Part shown: positions 27,231 through 37,089 of the stretch, piece after piece | Position numbering within the stretch: the first letter of the stretch is position 1 | How the letters are laid out: the number at the start of each line of letters is the position of its first letter | Assembly (NCBI GenBank): GCA_041690595.1 | Contig: JAWLHB010000024.1 | Location: 1 to 64,000, forward strand | Direction of reading: 5' to 3' | Source: Lentisphaeria bacterium | GTDB taxonomy: Bacteria > Verrucomicrobiota > Lentisphaeria > JABSQK01 > JAWLHB01 | DNA length: 64,000 nt | Translations under genes and position numbers: made by a program | The notes under the pieces: generated by a model | What the model was told of the DNA's origin: nothing | What the model saw: the letters and a program-made list of their open reading frames with translations, nothing else | Database searches by the model: none

Positions 27231-29342
27231 ATGATGTCAGAACTCCCCTCGAATCATCTCTCTTTTGAATCGAGTCCCTACCTGCTTCAGCACGTTCACA
27301 ACCCGGTCGACTGGTATCCGTGGGGGGATGAAGCACTGGAGCGATCGCGTCGGGAAGACAAGCCGATCTTTCTCTCTATCGGCTATGCTGCCTGCCACTG
27401 GTGTCATGTGATGGAGAAGGAATCGTTCGAGAACGAGACAATCGCCCGGCTCCTCAACGACAGCTTTATCTCCATCAAGGTGGATCGCGAGGAGCGTCCG
27501 GATCTCGATGAAATATATATGACGGCTGTCCAGTTGCTGACCGGCAGCGGTGGCTGGCCGATGAGCGTCTTTCTGACCCCAGAGTTGAAACCATTCTATG
27601 GCGGCACCTATTTCCCTCCCGAGGAACGCTTTGGCCGGCCTGGATTCGGCAGCCTTCTGAGGCAGATTGCCAAGGTATGGAGCCAACAACGGGAGGAATT
27701 GAACGAATCGGCCGGTCAGATCACCGAAGCGCTTCGGCAGCACGCCGCCGGCCCATCAGCGTCGACACGCGCCATCACCCCGTCACTGCTCGATCAAGCC
27801 GCTGAATCCCTGGGCAAGAACTTCGATCGACACCATGGCGGCTTCGGCGGAGCGCCCAAATTCCCGGCAAGTCAGTCGATCATGCTGCTTCTGCGCCATG
27901 CGCGGCGCACCGGGAGCGAGAAATCCCTGCGAATGGCGACGCATACGCTGGACCGCATGGCATACGGTGGTCTCTACGACCAGCTTGCCGGCGGTTTTCA
28001 TCGTTACTCCGTGGATGAACGGTGGCTCGTGCCCCACTTTGAGAAGATGCTCTACGACAACGGCCAACTCGCCCAAGTGTACATCGAGGCATGGCAGCAC
28101 ACGGGCAACGCACATTATGAGCGGGTCGTGCGAGAGATCCTCACTTACACCGAAGAGCGGATGACCGATGCAGGCGGCGCCTTCTTCTCGACGGAAGATG
28201 CGGACAGCGAGGGCGAAGAAGGCAAATTCTATGTCTGGCAGCAAGACGAACTGCTGAAGGAGCTGGGAGAGACGGATGGCCGGCTCTTCTCCAGCTATTT
28301 CAACGTCAGGGAAGAAGGTAATTTCGCTTCCCACGAGCCGTACCACGAAGGGCAGAACATCCTTCATGTTCAGACGTCACCGGAAGCATTCGCGGCCGAA
28401 CATGGCATGCGTGGCGATGAATGGCTGGCGAAGCTCGAAAAGCTGAAGCAGAAACTCCGTGCGCGTCGCGAAGCGCGGGTGCATCCGGGTCTTGACGACA
28501 AGGTGATTACCGGCTGGAACGGCCTCATGATCAGCGCCGCGGCGAGAGCCGCTGCAGCGTTTGCAGACGAGCGCTTCCTGCGCCTGGGTACCCGCGCCGC
28601 CGACTTCATCCTCCACCACCTTCGCCCCGAAGGTGAGCTGCTTCACACCTGGCGCCGCGGCCAGGCAAAGCTGCCGGCCTACCTGGACGACTACGCCTAT
28701 CTCATTCAGGCGCTGATCGACCTCTATGAGGCCTCCTTCGCGTGGCGCTGGTTGGATGCCGCCATGGAGCTGACGGAACAGATGAACGCGCGTTTCTGGG
28801 ATGAGGATGCCGGCGGCTACTTCTACACGAGTAGCGAGCATCGGCACCTGATCACCCGCGTCAAATCCATGCAGGATGGCGCGATCCCTTCCGGCAACGC
28901 GATGGCTGCCACCGCACTCCTTCGGCTCGCGGTCCTGATGGATCGCGATGACTATCGAAAGAAGGCGGAAGAGATCCTTCGCCTCGCCCACGACGGCATG
29001 GGACAGTCACCCCGAGGCTTCATGCAGATGCTGATCGCGGCGGACTTTCAGCTGGACTCTCCGCCTGAGATCGTCATCGTTGGATCGCTGGATGCGCCGG
29101 CTACCCAGGAGCTGCTGCGCGTGGTCAACCAGCACTTCCTTCCCAACCGGGTGCTGGCGCACCTGGATCCAGCCGCGGACAAGGCGGCGTCAGCGGTGCC
29201 GCTGCTTGCCGGAAAGCGCCGGATCGAGGGTCAGCCAACAGCGTATGTCTGCCGTGATTTTGCCTGCGGGCAACCCGTGACCACTCCCGCGGCGCTTGCG
29301 GCTCAACTGGCCATTTCCGCGGCTGAGGAAGGAGCGTCATGA
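27231..29342 (+). CDS. yyaL: YyaL/SSP411 (DUF255) thioredoxin-domain protein
   Basis: ESSPYLLQH.HNPVDWYPWG, GYAACHWCHVME.ESFE, KVDREERPDLD, VPHFEKMLYDN. Confidence 0.95.
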   Translation: MMSELPSNHLSFESSPYLLQHVHNPVDWYPWGDEALERSRREDKPIFLSIGYAACHWCHVMEKESFENETIARLLNDSFISIKVDREERPDLDEIYMTAVQLLTGSGGWPMSVFLTPELKPFYGGTYFPPEERFGRPGFGSLLRQIAKVWSQQREELNESAGQITEALRQHAAGPSASTRAITPSLLDQAAESLGKNFDRHHGGFGGAPKFPASQSIMLLLRHARRTGSEKSLRMATHTLDRMAYGGLYDQLAGGFHRYSVDERWLVPHFEKMLYDNGQLAQVYIEAWQHTGNAHYERVVREILTYTEERMTDAGGAFFSTEDADSEGEEGKFYVWQQDELLKELGETDGRLFSSYFNVREEGNFASHEPYHEGQNILHVQTSPEAFAAEHGMRGDEWLAKLEKLKQKLRARREARVHPGLDDKVITGWNGLMISAAARAAAAFADERFLRLGTRAADFILHHLRPEGELLHTWRRGQAKLPAYLDDYAYLIQALIDLYEASFAWRWLDAAMELTEQMNARFWDEDAGGYFYTSSEHRHLITRVKSMQDGAIPSGNAMAATALLRLAVLMDRDDYRKKAEEILRLAHDGMGQSPRGFMQMLIAADFQLDSPPEIVIVGSLDAPATQELLRVVNQHFLPNRVLAHLDPAADKAASAVPLLAGKRRIEGQPTAYVCRDFACGQPVTTPAALAAQLAISAAEEGAS

Positions 29343-30019
29343 GCCACTTTATCCACCGCGTCGAAGCCGTGAAGCGGCTGTCGCCATCGATCTTCGAACT
29401 GCTGCTCGATCGTGAAGAGATGAGCTTCGAGGTGGGCAATTGCGTGGCGCTTTTCGATGCCACGCGGCGCGAATCACGGCCGTACAGCCTGGCGGGTGGC
29501 ATCAACGAACCGGTACTTCGGGTCCTCTTCCGGGCGCTGCCGGAGGGAGTGGTGACGAGCCATCTCAAGCAGCTGAAGCAAGGGGACGAGCTGCAGGTCA
29601 GCGCACCGTTCGGCTGGTTCCGCCCGGGCCAGGACGACTCGAACTCGCCCTGCATCTTCATTGCGACCAGCACGGGTATCTCCCCATTTCTTTCATACGT
29701 GCGCAGCTTCCCGGATCGCCCCCCCGCGCACATTCTCTACGGAGTTCGTTACCTGGCCGAAGCAGTAGGATTGCCGGTGCTGAAAGCGGCATGCCCGGTG
29801 ACGCTGGCAATATCGCGGGAAGCGGTGCCAGGCTATCATCATGGGCGAGTGACCGACCTGCTCGACCGTCTGCCGATACGCAAGCGGACGCAGATCTACC
29901 TTTGCGGGCTCGATGCCATGATCGACGACGCCAGCAGCTGGCTGGAAGCACATGGAGTGCCCTTTACACACCTGCATCGTGAGGTCTTCTTCTATGCCAA
30001 TGCTCGTCCCCATGAGTGA
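29339..30019 (+). CDS. Ferredoxin-NADP reductase-like FAD/NAD(P) oxidoreductase
   Basis: RPYSL, G.VTS.L, IATSTGISPF, YLCG, HREVFF. Confidence 0.88.
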   Translation: MSHFIHRVEAVKRLSPSIFELLLDREEMSFEVGNCVALFDATRRESRPYSLAGGINEPVLRVLFRALPEGVVTSHLKQLKQGDELQVSAPFGWFRPGQDDSNSPCIFIATSTGISPFLSYVRSFPDRPPAHILYGVRYLAEAVGLPVLKAACPVTLAISREAVPGYHHGRVTDLLDRLPIRKRTQIYLCGLDAMIDDASSWLEAHGVPFTHLHREVFFYANARPHE

Positions 30020-30914
30020 GTGGCTGACAACCAGCGACGGCAAGCCCCGCGGCTACATTCAGCCAGTCGGGCTTGAGGAACTCTGGTTCCACACCGGCAC
30101 CAACTGCAATCTGCGCTGCCCGTTCTGCCTGGAAGGCAGCAAGCCCGGTAACAATCGGATCGAGTTCATTCGCCTGTCGGAGGTGAAGCCGCTTTTGGTG
30201 GAAGCCCTGAATCTGGGCGTGAAGAGCTTCTCGTTCACAGGGGGTGAACCTTTCGTCAATCCAGACATGTTCAGCATTCTGGATCATGCCCTCGACCTGC
30301 GCTCCTGCCTGGTGCTGACGAATGGCACGGAACCCCTGCTGAATCGCCTTGCTCGTCTGGAAGAACTCAGGCAGAAACCGTTTCCCTTGAGTCTTCGAGT
30401 GAGCCTCGATTACCCGGATCGCGAACGGCACGATGCCGGCCGGGGATCCGGCAGCTTTCGCACCACGCTGCGTTGCCTGGAACGGCTGCACCAGCTCGGC
30501 TTCAACCTGTCGATCGCGCGGCTGATGGCGCGGAACGAAGACGGACCGGCCGTCGACCGGGCATATCGTGACCTTTTTGCATCTCACCATCTGCCCATCG
30601 AAACGCGCATCGTTGCCTTCCCGGATTTTCACACGCCCGGCGAGCATCCCGACGGGGTACCCGAGATCACCGAGAACTGCATGACGACCTATCTGACGGC
30701 GGCGCAACGGGATCGGTTCATGTGCAATTTCAGCAAGATGGTGGTCAAGCAGGATGGCAGAATCGGCATCTATGCCTGTACGCTGGTGGATGACGATCCT
30801 GCCTACAATCTCGGCTCGACACTGCGTGAGGCCATGGAAAAGCGGGTGATGCTGCGTCATCATCGCTGCTTTTCGTGTTTCTCTTGCGGCGCTTCGTGCA
30901 GCGAGATCCATTGA
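30012..30914 (+). CDS. Radical SAM protein with Cys-rich C-terminus
   Basis: CNLRCPFC, FTGGEPF, LTNG, HDAGRG.GSF; terminal CFSCFSCGASCS. Confidence 0.9.
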   Translation: MSEWLTTSDGKPRGYIQPVGLEELWFHTGTNCNLRCPFCLEGSKPGNNRIEFIRLSEVKPLLVEALNLGVKSFSFTGGEPFVNPDMFSILDHALDLRSCLVLTNGTEPLLNRLARLEELRQKPFPLSLRVSLDYPDRERHDAGRGSGSFRTTLRCLERLHQLGFNLSIARLMARNEDGPAVDRAYRDLFASHHLPIETRIVAFPDFHTPGEHPDGVPEITENCMTTYLTAAQRDRFMCNFSKMVVKQDGRIGIYACTLVDDDPAYNLGSTLREAMEKRVMLRHHRCFSCFSCGASCSEIH

Positions 30915-31067
30915 TGCATGGCATGGATATCATCGTGTCGACAAGCAAAGAGGAACCCTTGCCTTCAGGAGGCTTCCAAGATAATGTAAGCGGTGCGTCG
31001 GCGCCACCCGCCCAATCCCACTTCCTCACTCATTTTGCCCCCGGCAATCCATTCTGAAAGAGCTTTC

Positions 31068-32225
31068 ATGAACAAGGAAAACACGTGTCCGGAATGCGGC
31101 AGCCGCTATCATCAGGATTTTGTTCGCTGCCCCAATTGCCACGCCTACATTGTCGATGCGGATCCGTGGCATGGAGCTTTCAATCTCCTTGCCATTCCGC
31201 TGGCGCTCGGCATCTGGTGGCTGCTGGAATGGTTGCTGGCGCAACCCTGGATGATCACCAACAAGCTCTTCGATGACTGGATATCCAGCACGATCCTTGG
31301 CATCGGCATCTATGGCATCATCATTCTGCTCTTCAAATGGCGCGTCCTCGCCAAGCAGGCGGAGTCCTTTCATATCGTGCGCCGGGTCTGCGCTTCGACA
31401 AATGGCAGTCTCGGCGAAGGCAATCTGAATGAAGCGCGCGATCTGATCGACGCGGCGAGTCTGGGGCCCTACAACAACTTCATCGCCTTTCACCGCCTGC
31501 GCTGGATGGTGAGCGCCACGCGAGTCGGTCCGCAGGACCGGCAGGGGCTCCTCGAAGCCCTGAGACAACATTCGGAGTCCGACTGGGACAGCCTGGAGAG
31601 TTCCTACTCGTTCACGCAGTTCCTGATCTGGCTTCTGCCATCGGCGGGTTTCCTCGGCACGGTCTGGGGCATGTCGCAAGCGCTCTCCTCCTTCTCCGGC
31701 GTCGTGGACAAGGGCAACCTTGACTTCAATGCCGGCTTGACGGCGACGGCGCAGAATCTCGGTATCGCCTTCCACACGACACTGATCGGCCTGGCTGCGG
31801 TGATCCCCCTGCTTGCCTTGGCGACCTACATGCGCCGCCGTTCGCAGGGATTACTGGAACAGATGGACAAGTTCTTCCTGCGCCTGGCCGCCCATACGCT
31901 CTTCCACAGCGAAGTGGAACCACCTGAAAGCGTCAACCCCATCTTCACGCGCCATCGCGAACCACCGCCGCTGCCGACGGATTCGCTGATCGACCTCTCC
32001 GACGAGGCTCCCGGCGAAGAGCCGGATGACGACCGCAATGTCGGAGAAGCTGATGCGCCCCCGGAAGCCCTCGCCGATGGCCAGGATGAAGACAGGGAGG
32101 AGTTGGGCGACGACGAAAACGAGGCTCCAACGGCGCCGGAACGCCGCCAGGTCGATGCGGCGGAGAATCTCGAACTCTGGGATGAAGACAGCAGTGATCA
32201 CCACTCGCCGAAAGGCACATTCTGA
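31068..32225 (+). CDS. MotA/TolQ/ExbB proton-channel family protein with N-terminal zinc ribbon and acidic tail
   Basis: CPECG...CPNC; LPSAGFLGTVWGM and LGIAFHTTLIGL channel helices; D/E-rich C-terminus. Confidence 0.9.
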   Translation: MNKENTCPECGSRYHQDFVRCPNCHAYIVDADPWHGAFNLLAIPLALGIWWLLEWLLAQPWMITNKLFDDWISSTILGIGIYGIIILLFKWRVLAKQAESFHIVRRVCASTNGSLGEGNLNEARDLIDAASLGPYNNFIAFHRLRWMVSATRVGPQDRQGLLEALRQHSESDWDSLESSYSFTQFLIWLLPSAGFLGTVWGMSQALSSFSGVVDKGNLDFNAGLTATAQNLGIAFHTTLIGLAAVIPLLALATYMRRRSQGLLEQMDKFFLRLAAHTLFHSEVEPPESVNPIFTRHREPPPLPTDSLIDLSDEAPGEEPDDDRNVGEADAPPEALADGQDEDREELGDDENEAPTAPERRQVDAAENLELWDEDSSDHHSPKGTF

Positions 32226-32739
32226 TTCCGGCATCAGGCTCGACTTTCCCGTTCTGCCATTTCTGTCGATCATGCTCGGGTTGATGAGCATCATGGCACT
32301 CTCGACCATGGCGATTACGGTACAGAAGCGCGAGGAACAGCGCCAGGTGCAGGCAGTCCAGCTTGTCGGCATTCCGCACCGGTTCGTGCCCTTTCATATC
32401 CGCTGCACAGCCAACGCGATTCTCTGGCTCGACCGAAGCGGCGAATGGCAGGAGATGGACATACGGCCCTTTCTCTCCCCGAGCATGCCGCAGAACATGA
32501 ACTTTCCCACCGACCTCTTTCGGCTTCGCGCCTACCTGACGGAACGCACCAACGAGAATCGGCGCCTCAGCTACCATGGACAACAGAGCACCATGATCCT
32601 GTGGGTGGAGCCGGAATCCGGCCAGATCGCCAGTCTCCTGTTCAGCATCATCAGCGAATTCGAGTTGCCTCTGCGCATCGGCACCTTACCCATCATGCCA
32701 GGAGAGGAGATCAGGCTCGATGCGTCGCTTTCTCACTAA
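32182..32739 (+). CDS. ExbD/TolR-like bitopic membrane protein 1
   Basis: Basic N-terminus, TM VLPFLSIMLGLMSIMAL and periplasmic alpha/beta domain ending IGTLPI; follows the ExbB-like gene. Confidence 0.65.
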   Translation: MKTAVITTRRKAHSDSGIRLDFPVLPFLSIMLGLMSIMALSTMAITVQKREEQRQVQAVQLVGIPHRFVPFHIRCTANAILWLDRSGEWQEMDIRPFLSPSMPQNMNFPTDLFRLRAYLTERTNENRRLSYHGQQSTMILWVEPESGQIASLLFSIISEFELPLRIGTLPIMPGEEIRLDASLSH

Positions 32740-33367
32740 CGTAGACTTCAGCGTCCTGGTTGACGTGATCTCGAACGCCGCGGGAATGATGATGCTTGTT
32801 GCCTGCATTGCCCTGCTGGTGGGCCAGCAGGACGATCCCAATACCGCGTCGGCGCGCGAGCTCCAGGCCAAGCCCATATCCTTTCCGCTGGCCTACATAC
32901 CCGAGAAACGCTCGGTCACCATCTGCCTGAAGTATGGCAAGCTCTACTTGCTGCCGGAAGAAGAGGCGATGATCGAGGTGGAGAAAAAGACACTGGCGGG
33001 AACTCCTCTGGAGAGCATTGACCTGACGAAGGACGGCGTCCTGGCGCGGATCATGGTGACGCGCACGGCGACTGGCTTCATATTCCTGTACAGGATGCTG
33101 GAGGAAGATGGCTTGTCCCTGAAGGATTCCCCGGCCGTCGTCAAGACGCTTCAGGAGCTGGTGACGCGCTATCCGCCCAGCAAGTTCTTCATCGTCATAC
33201 ATTGTTGGTCGGACAGCTTCCAGGAGTTCCGCGAGATACGGGAGTTTCTGCAGGATCGCGGCATGGAAGTCGGCTGGCAGCAGCGCGATTACCTGGATCA
33301 GGAGTATGACATCGTGCAGGCGATCGGCGAATACGACAAGAACCTCACCTCCATCAAGGCGCAATAG
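32720..33367 (+). CDS. ExbD/TolR-like bitopic membrane protein 2
   Basis: MRR..., TM with Asp (SVLVDVISNAAGMMMLV), C-terminal DSFQEFRE.R.....G.EVGW. Confidence 0.7.
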   Translation: MRRFLTNVDFSVLVDVISNAAGMMMLVACIALLVGQQDDPNTASARELQAKPISFPLAYIPEKRSVTICLKYGKLYLLPEEEAMIEVEKKTLAGTPLESIDLTKDGVLARIMVTRTATGFIFLYRMLEEDGLSLKDSPAVVKTLQELVTRYPPSKFFIVIHCWSDSFQEFREIREFLQDRGMEVGWQQRDYLDQEYDIVQAIGEYDKNLTSIKAQ

Positions 33368-33370
33368 ATC

Positions 33371-34393
33371 ATGTCAATCAGCTCTACAGCCAGAGCCGGT
33401 CGAACGCCGCCAGATGGGCACACGCCATTTCGCCTGGTGCTGACGATTCTCTGCTTTCTGATGTTGGCTCCCGCGCTACTGCTCGGCATACTCTGGTATG
33501 TGCACATGAAGTACCCGAAGCCGCAGGAAGACATGATGATGTTCGGCGGCATGCAGCAGGCACCGCCCGCACCATCCTGGCGTCGCTGGCTGGAACCGCC
33601 ACGCCCACCTTCACAGTTACGCCGGCAGCGAAGCGGCAAAGGGGAAGCAAACGTGTTGCGGGAGGGTGTGGCCGGCCAAGGCACGGTGGCGGGCGGTATG
33701 GATCCCGGTCACCTGGCGCTGCGGGAGCTTGCCGAATCGCAGACAATTCTGGTCAACCAAGGTGAACGCAGCGAACAGGACGCGTGGGAGACCTTTCAGC
33801 AGAGCTCGGTACGGGGCCCTCACCGGGAGTATGAGCAGAAACGTCTTCGCAGTCGGATGCTGCTGATGAAGTTTGCCGACAACGAGGACGACCTGGCGAT
33901 CCTGCGTGAGTTTCGTGAAGCGGCAGTGGAGGTGGTGGAGATGCCGCTGGCCAGCTTCGAGGAGTACTACTATGCGGGGGTAGCCACCCTCTTTTCGGGT
34001 GAAGATAACCTTGCCCGAGAGTATCTTACGAAAGCGCTGGACCAGTGGCCGGCGCGTGGGCTGGGCTACGCCAACGTCTATTTCTTCATGCTCTTGGCCA
34101 AAGGTATCGAACCCGATACGCCCACCTTTTTCCGGATGATCGCGGATTTCAAGGAGACCTACCCGAACTGGATGTACATCGAGACCTACATGCCCGACAT
34201 CGAGCATCTGGAGCGGGTCTATCCTCACGCGCCACTGATCCGCGCCGCGCGCGGTTACTGCTATTCACTGGTGTACAACGATGCCGCGGCTCGCGCGGCA
34301 TATCAGCAGGCGCTGGCGATGTCGAAACTCGATCATCTTGGTCGCCAGACGATCAATGGATGGTTGAGCCAATTGGAGGATGGCCCCTCCTGA
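33371..34393 (+). CDS. Membrane-anchored TPR-like protein
   Basis: N-terminal TM; YYAGVATL..GE..LAREYLTKAL and ARGYCY.....AAARAAYQQAL helical repeats. Confidence 0.7.
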   Translation: MSISSTARAGRTPPDGHTPFRLVLTILCFLMLAPALLLGILWYVHMKYPKPQEDMMMFGGMQQAPPAPSWRRWLEPPRPPSQLRRQRSGKGEANVLREGVAGQGTVAGGMDPGHLALRELAESQTILVNQGERSEQDAWETFQQSSVRGPHREYEQKRLRSRMLLMKFADNEDDLAILREFREAAVEVVEMPLASFEEYYYAGVATLFSGEDNLAREYLTKALDQWPARGLGYANVYFFMLLAKGIEPDTPTFFRMIADFKETYPNWMYIETYMPDIEHLERVYPHAPLIRAARGYCYSLVYNDAAARAAYQQALAMSKLDHLGRQTINGWLSQLEDGPS

Positions 34394-35094
34394 TGAGCTT
34401 CCTCCTCCTCTGTTCCTGGTCGAGCATCGTTATTTTCGTCTGGATGGTCAAACGCAAGTACCACTGGACGGCGCCGCCGTACGTCTTTCTGCTGATCTTT
34501 GCGCTGGCAGGCGTCAACTCCACCTTTCCCGCGATGGTGACCAATAACTTTCTTGGTCGAGAGACGATTTTCTATGCGTTTTCGCCGGAGCTGATCGAGA
34601 GCTTTTTCGGTTTTTTCATTGGAGCGGGCCTGGGCGAGGAGTTGTTCAAACTGGTGGGCGGGCTGATGGTGCTGCTGCTGCTGACACTCTTCCGGATCGA
34701 TATTGGACCGGCGGGACGCTATCTGGGCTTCGTGGTAGTGGGGCTGGCATTCGCAACTGCCGAAAATCTCTTTGCATACTACTGGCTGGAATTCTGGACC
34801 ATGGTGCATCGGGGGCTGCTGGCGGTGCCATTCCATGCGGGAATGGGAATGGTACACGGCTACTTCGTCAACATGGCCTGGAAGCGCGGTTCGCCAGTGC
34901 CGATCTTCATTGGGTATCTGGCTTCCGCGGTACTTCACACCTACTATGACGTGGCCACGATCCTTTCGCCCAACGTCGATCCCCGGCTGATCCTCTATAC
35001 CTTTGTGGCCACCCTGATGCTGTGGGGATTATGGCAATGGTATCGCATTGCCGAGCGGGTTGAAATGGCTGCCGACGAGAGCACCGAACAATAA
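34393..35094 (+). CDS. PrsW family intramembrane glutamic protease
   Basis: GEELFK, GLAFATAEN, FHA, LHTYYD motifs; TGATG coupling to the TPR gene. Confidence 0.88.
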   Translation: MSFLLLCSWSSIVIFVWMVKRKYHWTAPPYVFLLIFALAGVNSTFPAMVTNNFLGRETIFYAFSPELIESFFGFFIGAGLGEELFKLVGGLMVLLLLTLFRIDIGPAGRYLGFVVVGLAFATAENLFAYYWLEFWTMVHRGLLAVPFHAGMGMVHGYFVNMAWKRGSPVPIFIGYLASAVLHTYYDVATILSPNVDPRLILYTFVATLMLWGLWQWYRIAERVEMAADESTEQ

Positions 35095-35248
35095 AGTGCC
35101 CCCCAAGCTGGTGGAAAAGGTTTGAATTCGGCTCTCGATCCCTTATTGTATAGATAGAGGAATCAGTCAGTACAGCTTCGATCTCTCGCCGGATCGACTC
35201 AGATACGTCATCAAACGCGGCTGCGGCAGCGGGCGCCAGGAGTCACCT

Positions 35249-36877
35249 ATGGCAGACAAACGCGCGGATCTTTCAGGAAATCCCGAAGACTTTGAACAAG
35301 TCAGCGGTACCGCCAAACTGGAACGCAAGAAAGTCGTGCTTGGACGAAAGGAAGGGGACGACGCGCAGGAGGAGGCGAATGACGACGTTCGCACCGCCGA
35401 TCTGCGCGAGCGCATGAAGGTGACCCTCAAACGTCGCCAGACATCCGCGAACAAGCGTGAGGACGAGGGCGGTAATCCCGATGACGAAGATACAACCACC
35501 GCGGATTTGACCCCCGACCGTCCCGGCACGGAGCGTGTCGTCAAGAAGGGCACCGAGAAGGTTGTCAAGAGAAAGACGATCCAGATGGGCGAAGGCGATG
35601 CCCCCGCGGCAGCTGCCGGCAGCAACAAATCAGACTCGCAGCGGATGTTGCGTCCGCGCGCTCTGGCAGGCATGTCCGAAGAGGAGCAGATCCGCACCCA
35701 GGAACTGCTGCCCCACGAAATGGATCCCTCCCGGCGCCGCGAAACCGACACGGCGAATCTCAAGCGCATACGTCCCGGCAAGACGAGCGCGGAAGGCGTA
35801 TCCGCCGCGGGCGAGACCGGGACCGATACCATTCACCTTCGCGTGATCAAAGAGAAAAAGAACCAGCTCAAGAACATTCTTTCCGCCAGTCAGACCATTC
35901 GCCTGCGGCCGTCGCCAACGGATACAACCTCCACGAAGCGGCAAACCGCGAGTGCCCCGAGCACCACCGCGGACACCTCGGCGGAAGACAAGAAGCGGAC
36001 CCTGAAGATCAAGGCGCCAAGCACGATCCAGGAAGATGCCGCACCGCCACCGGCAGAGGAAACCGCACCAACGGAGACGGTCCGCCCCAGCACCGCGCCA
36101 ACCTCTCGTCCCGGTACCGCACCCATTGTCCGCACGGAAGCGACTCCCCCTCCGGAAACAAGAGAAGAGCCGCATACGGCGATGGTCAACCGCGACAAAC
36201 TCAAGCAGACAGCCGTCCCGACCCAGTTGAAGCGCAAAGGGGAGAGCGAGTCGGACCGGCAGGAGCGTACCTCCACCGATACCGTGAAGCTGAAGTCGCC
36301 GGTGAAACAGGCGGGTGTTTCCCCGATGCCTCCCATTGCGCCCCCCAGCGAGAGCGGCAGCAAGTCTACGCTCAAGATCAAGGCGCCTGCCGCGGCTCCC
36401 CCTCCATCCGAAGATCGACCGCCATCAGCCGTCTCCCCTCCCAGCACGGACACAGCGCCCGTGCCGACGGCAATCGCGAGCGATACCGAGAAGAAATCCA
36501 CGCTTAAGATCAAAGCGCCATCGGCAACCGATGCCCTTGACAAGGGGGCGGCGACGCCTGCCACGCAAACGGCAAGCCTGCCCGCCCCGGCGGATGCATC
36601 AGCCGGCGGCAAGACGCTGAAGCTGAAAGCAGCACCGAAGACACAGACACTGCGAGCGCCGGCTGCCGGTCAGCAGACCGTGAAGCAACCCGCTCCGCAG
36701 GCTGCAACCGCCGCGGCGGCGGAACCAGCGCCTGCAGCGGCAGCAGTGGCCAAGCCGACGGCAACCGCGGATGCGGATCAGCCGGGGCTGCTTTACACGC
36801 TTGGTGCGGCGGCCTCAGTGGCCTTGATCGGCTTCGTGGCCGTACGTTCCGCGATGCAGTACTTCTCGCTCTTCTGA
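35249..36877 (+). CDS. Disordered Thr/Pro/Ala/Lys-rich protein with TLKIKAP repeats and C-terminal TM anchor
   Basis: AGGAG RBS; TLKIKAP three times plus variants; single hydrophobic helix LLYTLGAAASVALIGFVAV at the C-terminus. Confidence 0.85.
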   Translation: MADKRADLSGNPEDFEQVSGTAKLERKKVVLGRKEGDDAQEEANDDVRTADLRERMKVTLKRRQTSANKREDEGGNPDDEDTTTADLTPDRPGTERVVKKGTEKVVKRKTIQMGEGDAPAAAAGSNKSDSQRMLRPRALAGMSEEEQIRTQELLPHEMDPSRRRETDTANLKRIRPGKTSAEGVSAAGETGTDTIHLRVIKEKKNQLKNILSASQTIRLRPSPTDTTSTKRQTASAPSTTADTSAEDKKRTLKIKAPSTIQEDAAPPPAEETAPTETVRPSTAPTSRPGTAPIVRTEATPPPETREEPHTAMVNRDKLKQTAVPTQLKRKGESESDRQERTSTDTVKLKSPVKQAGVSPMPPIAPPSESGSKSTLKIKAPAAAPPPSEDRPPSAVSPPSTDTAPVPTAIASDTEKKSTLKIKAPSATDALDKGAATPATQTASLPAPADASAGGKTLKLKAAPKTQTLRAPAAGQQTVKQPAPQAATAAAAEPAPAAAAVAKPTATADADQPGLLYTLGAAASVALIGFVAVRSAMQYFSLF

Positions 36878-36895
36878 AGAACCCTGTACTCCTTT

Positions 36896-36934
36896 CAGAG
36901 AGCCCTCGGCGCCATCCGGCCCGAGGGCTCTCTG
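36896..36934 (+). terminator. Strong hairpin downstream of 35249..36877 (probable terminator)
   Basis: CAGAGAGCCCTCGG / CCGAGGGCTCTCTG perfect 14-bp stem; weak U-tract. Confidence 0.65.
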
Positions 36935-37089
36935 CATTCAGGAGAGGGCAGCGACCGAGATGGTCGTGGCAAGTTTTTATGGCTTGATGGGCGTTGCCTT
37001 TTGCGCTGGCGTGGTTACAGTTAAAGGATCACCCTGCCGGGCGTTTCTCGTCCGCCGGTTCATGAATCTCCTTTTCCCCTGCCACGCCC

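Noticed and set aside
31068..33367. Zorya or flagellar MotAB
   Set aside because: The partners lack an OmpA/peptidoglycan-binding domain, there is no long ZorA tail, and no ZorC/D/E or flagellar genes are present.
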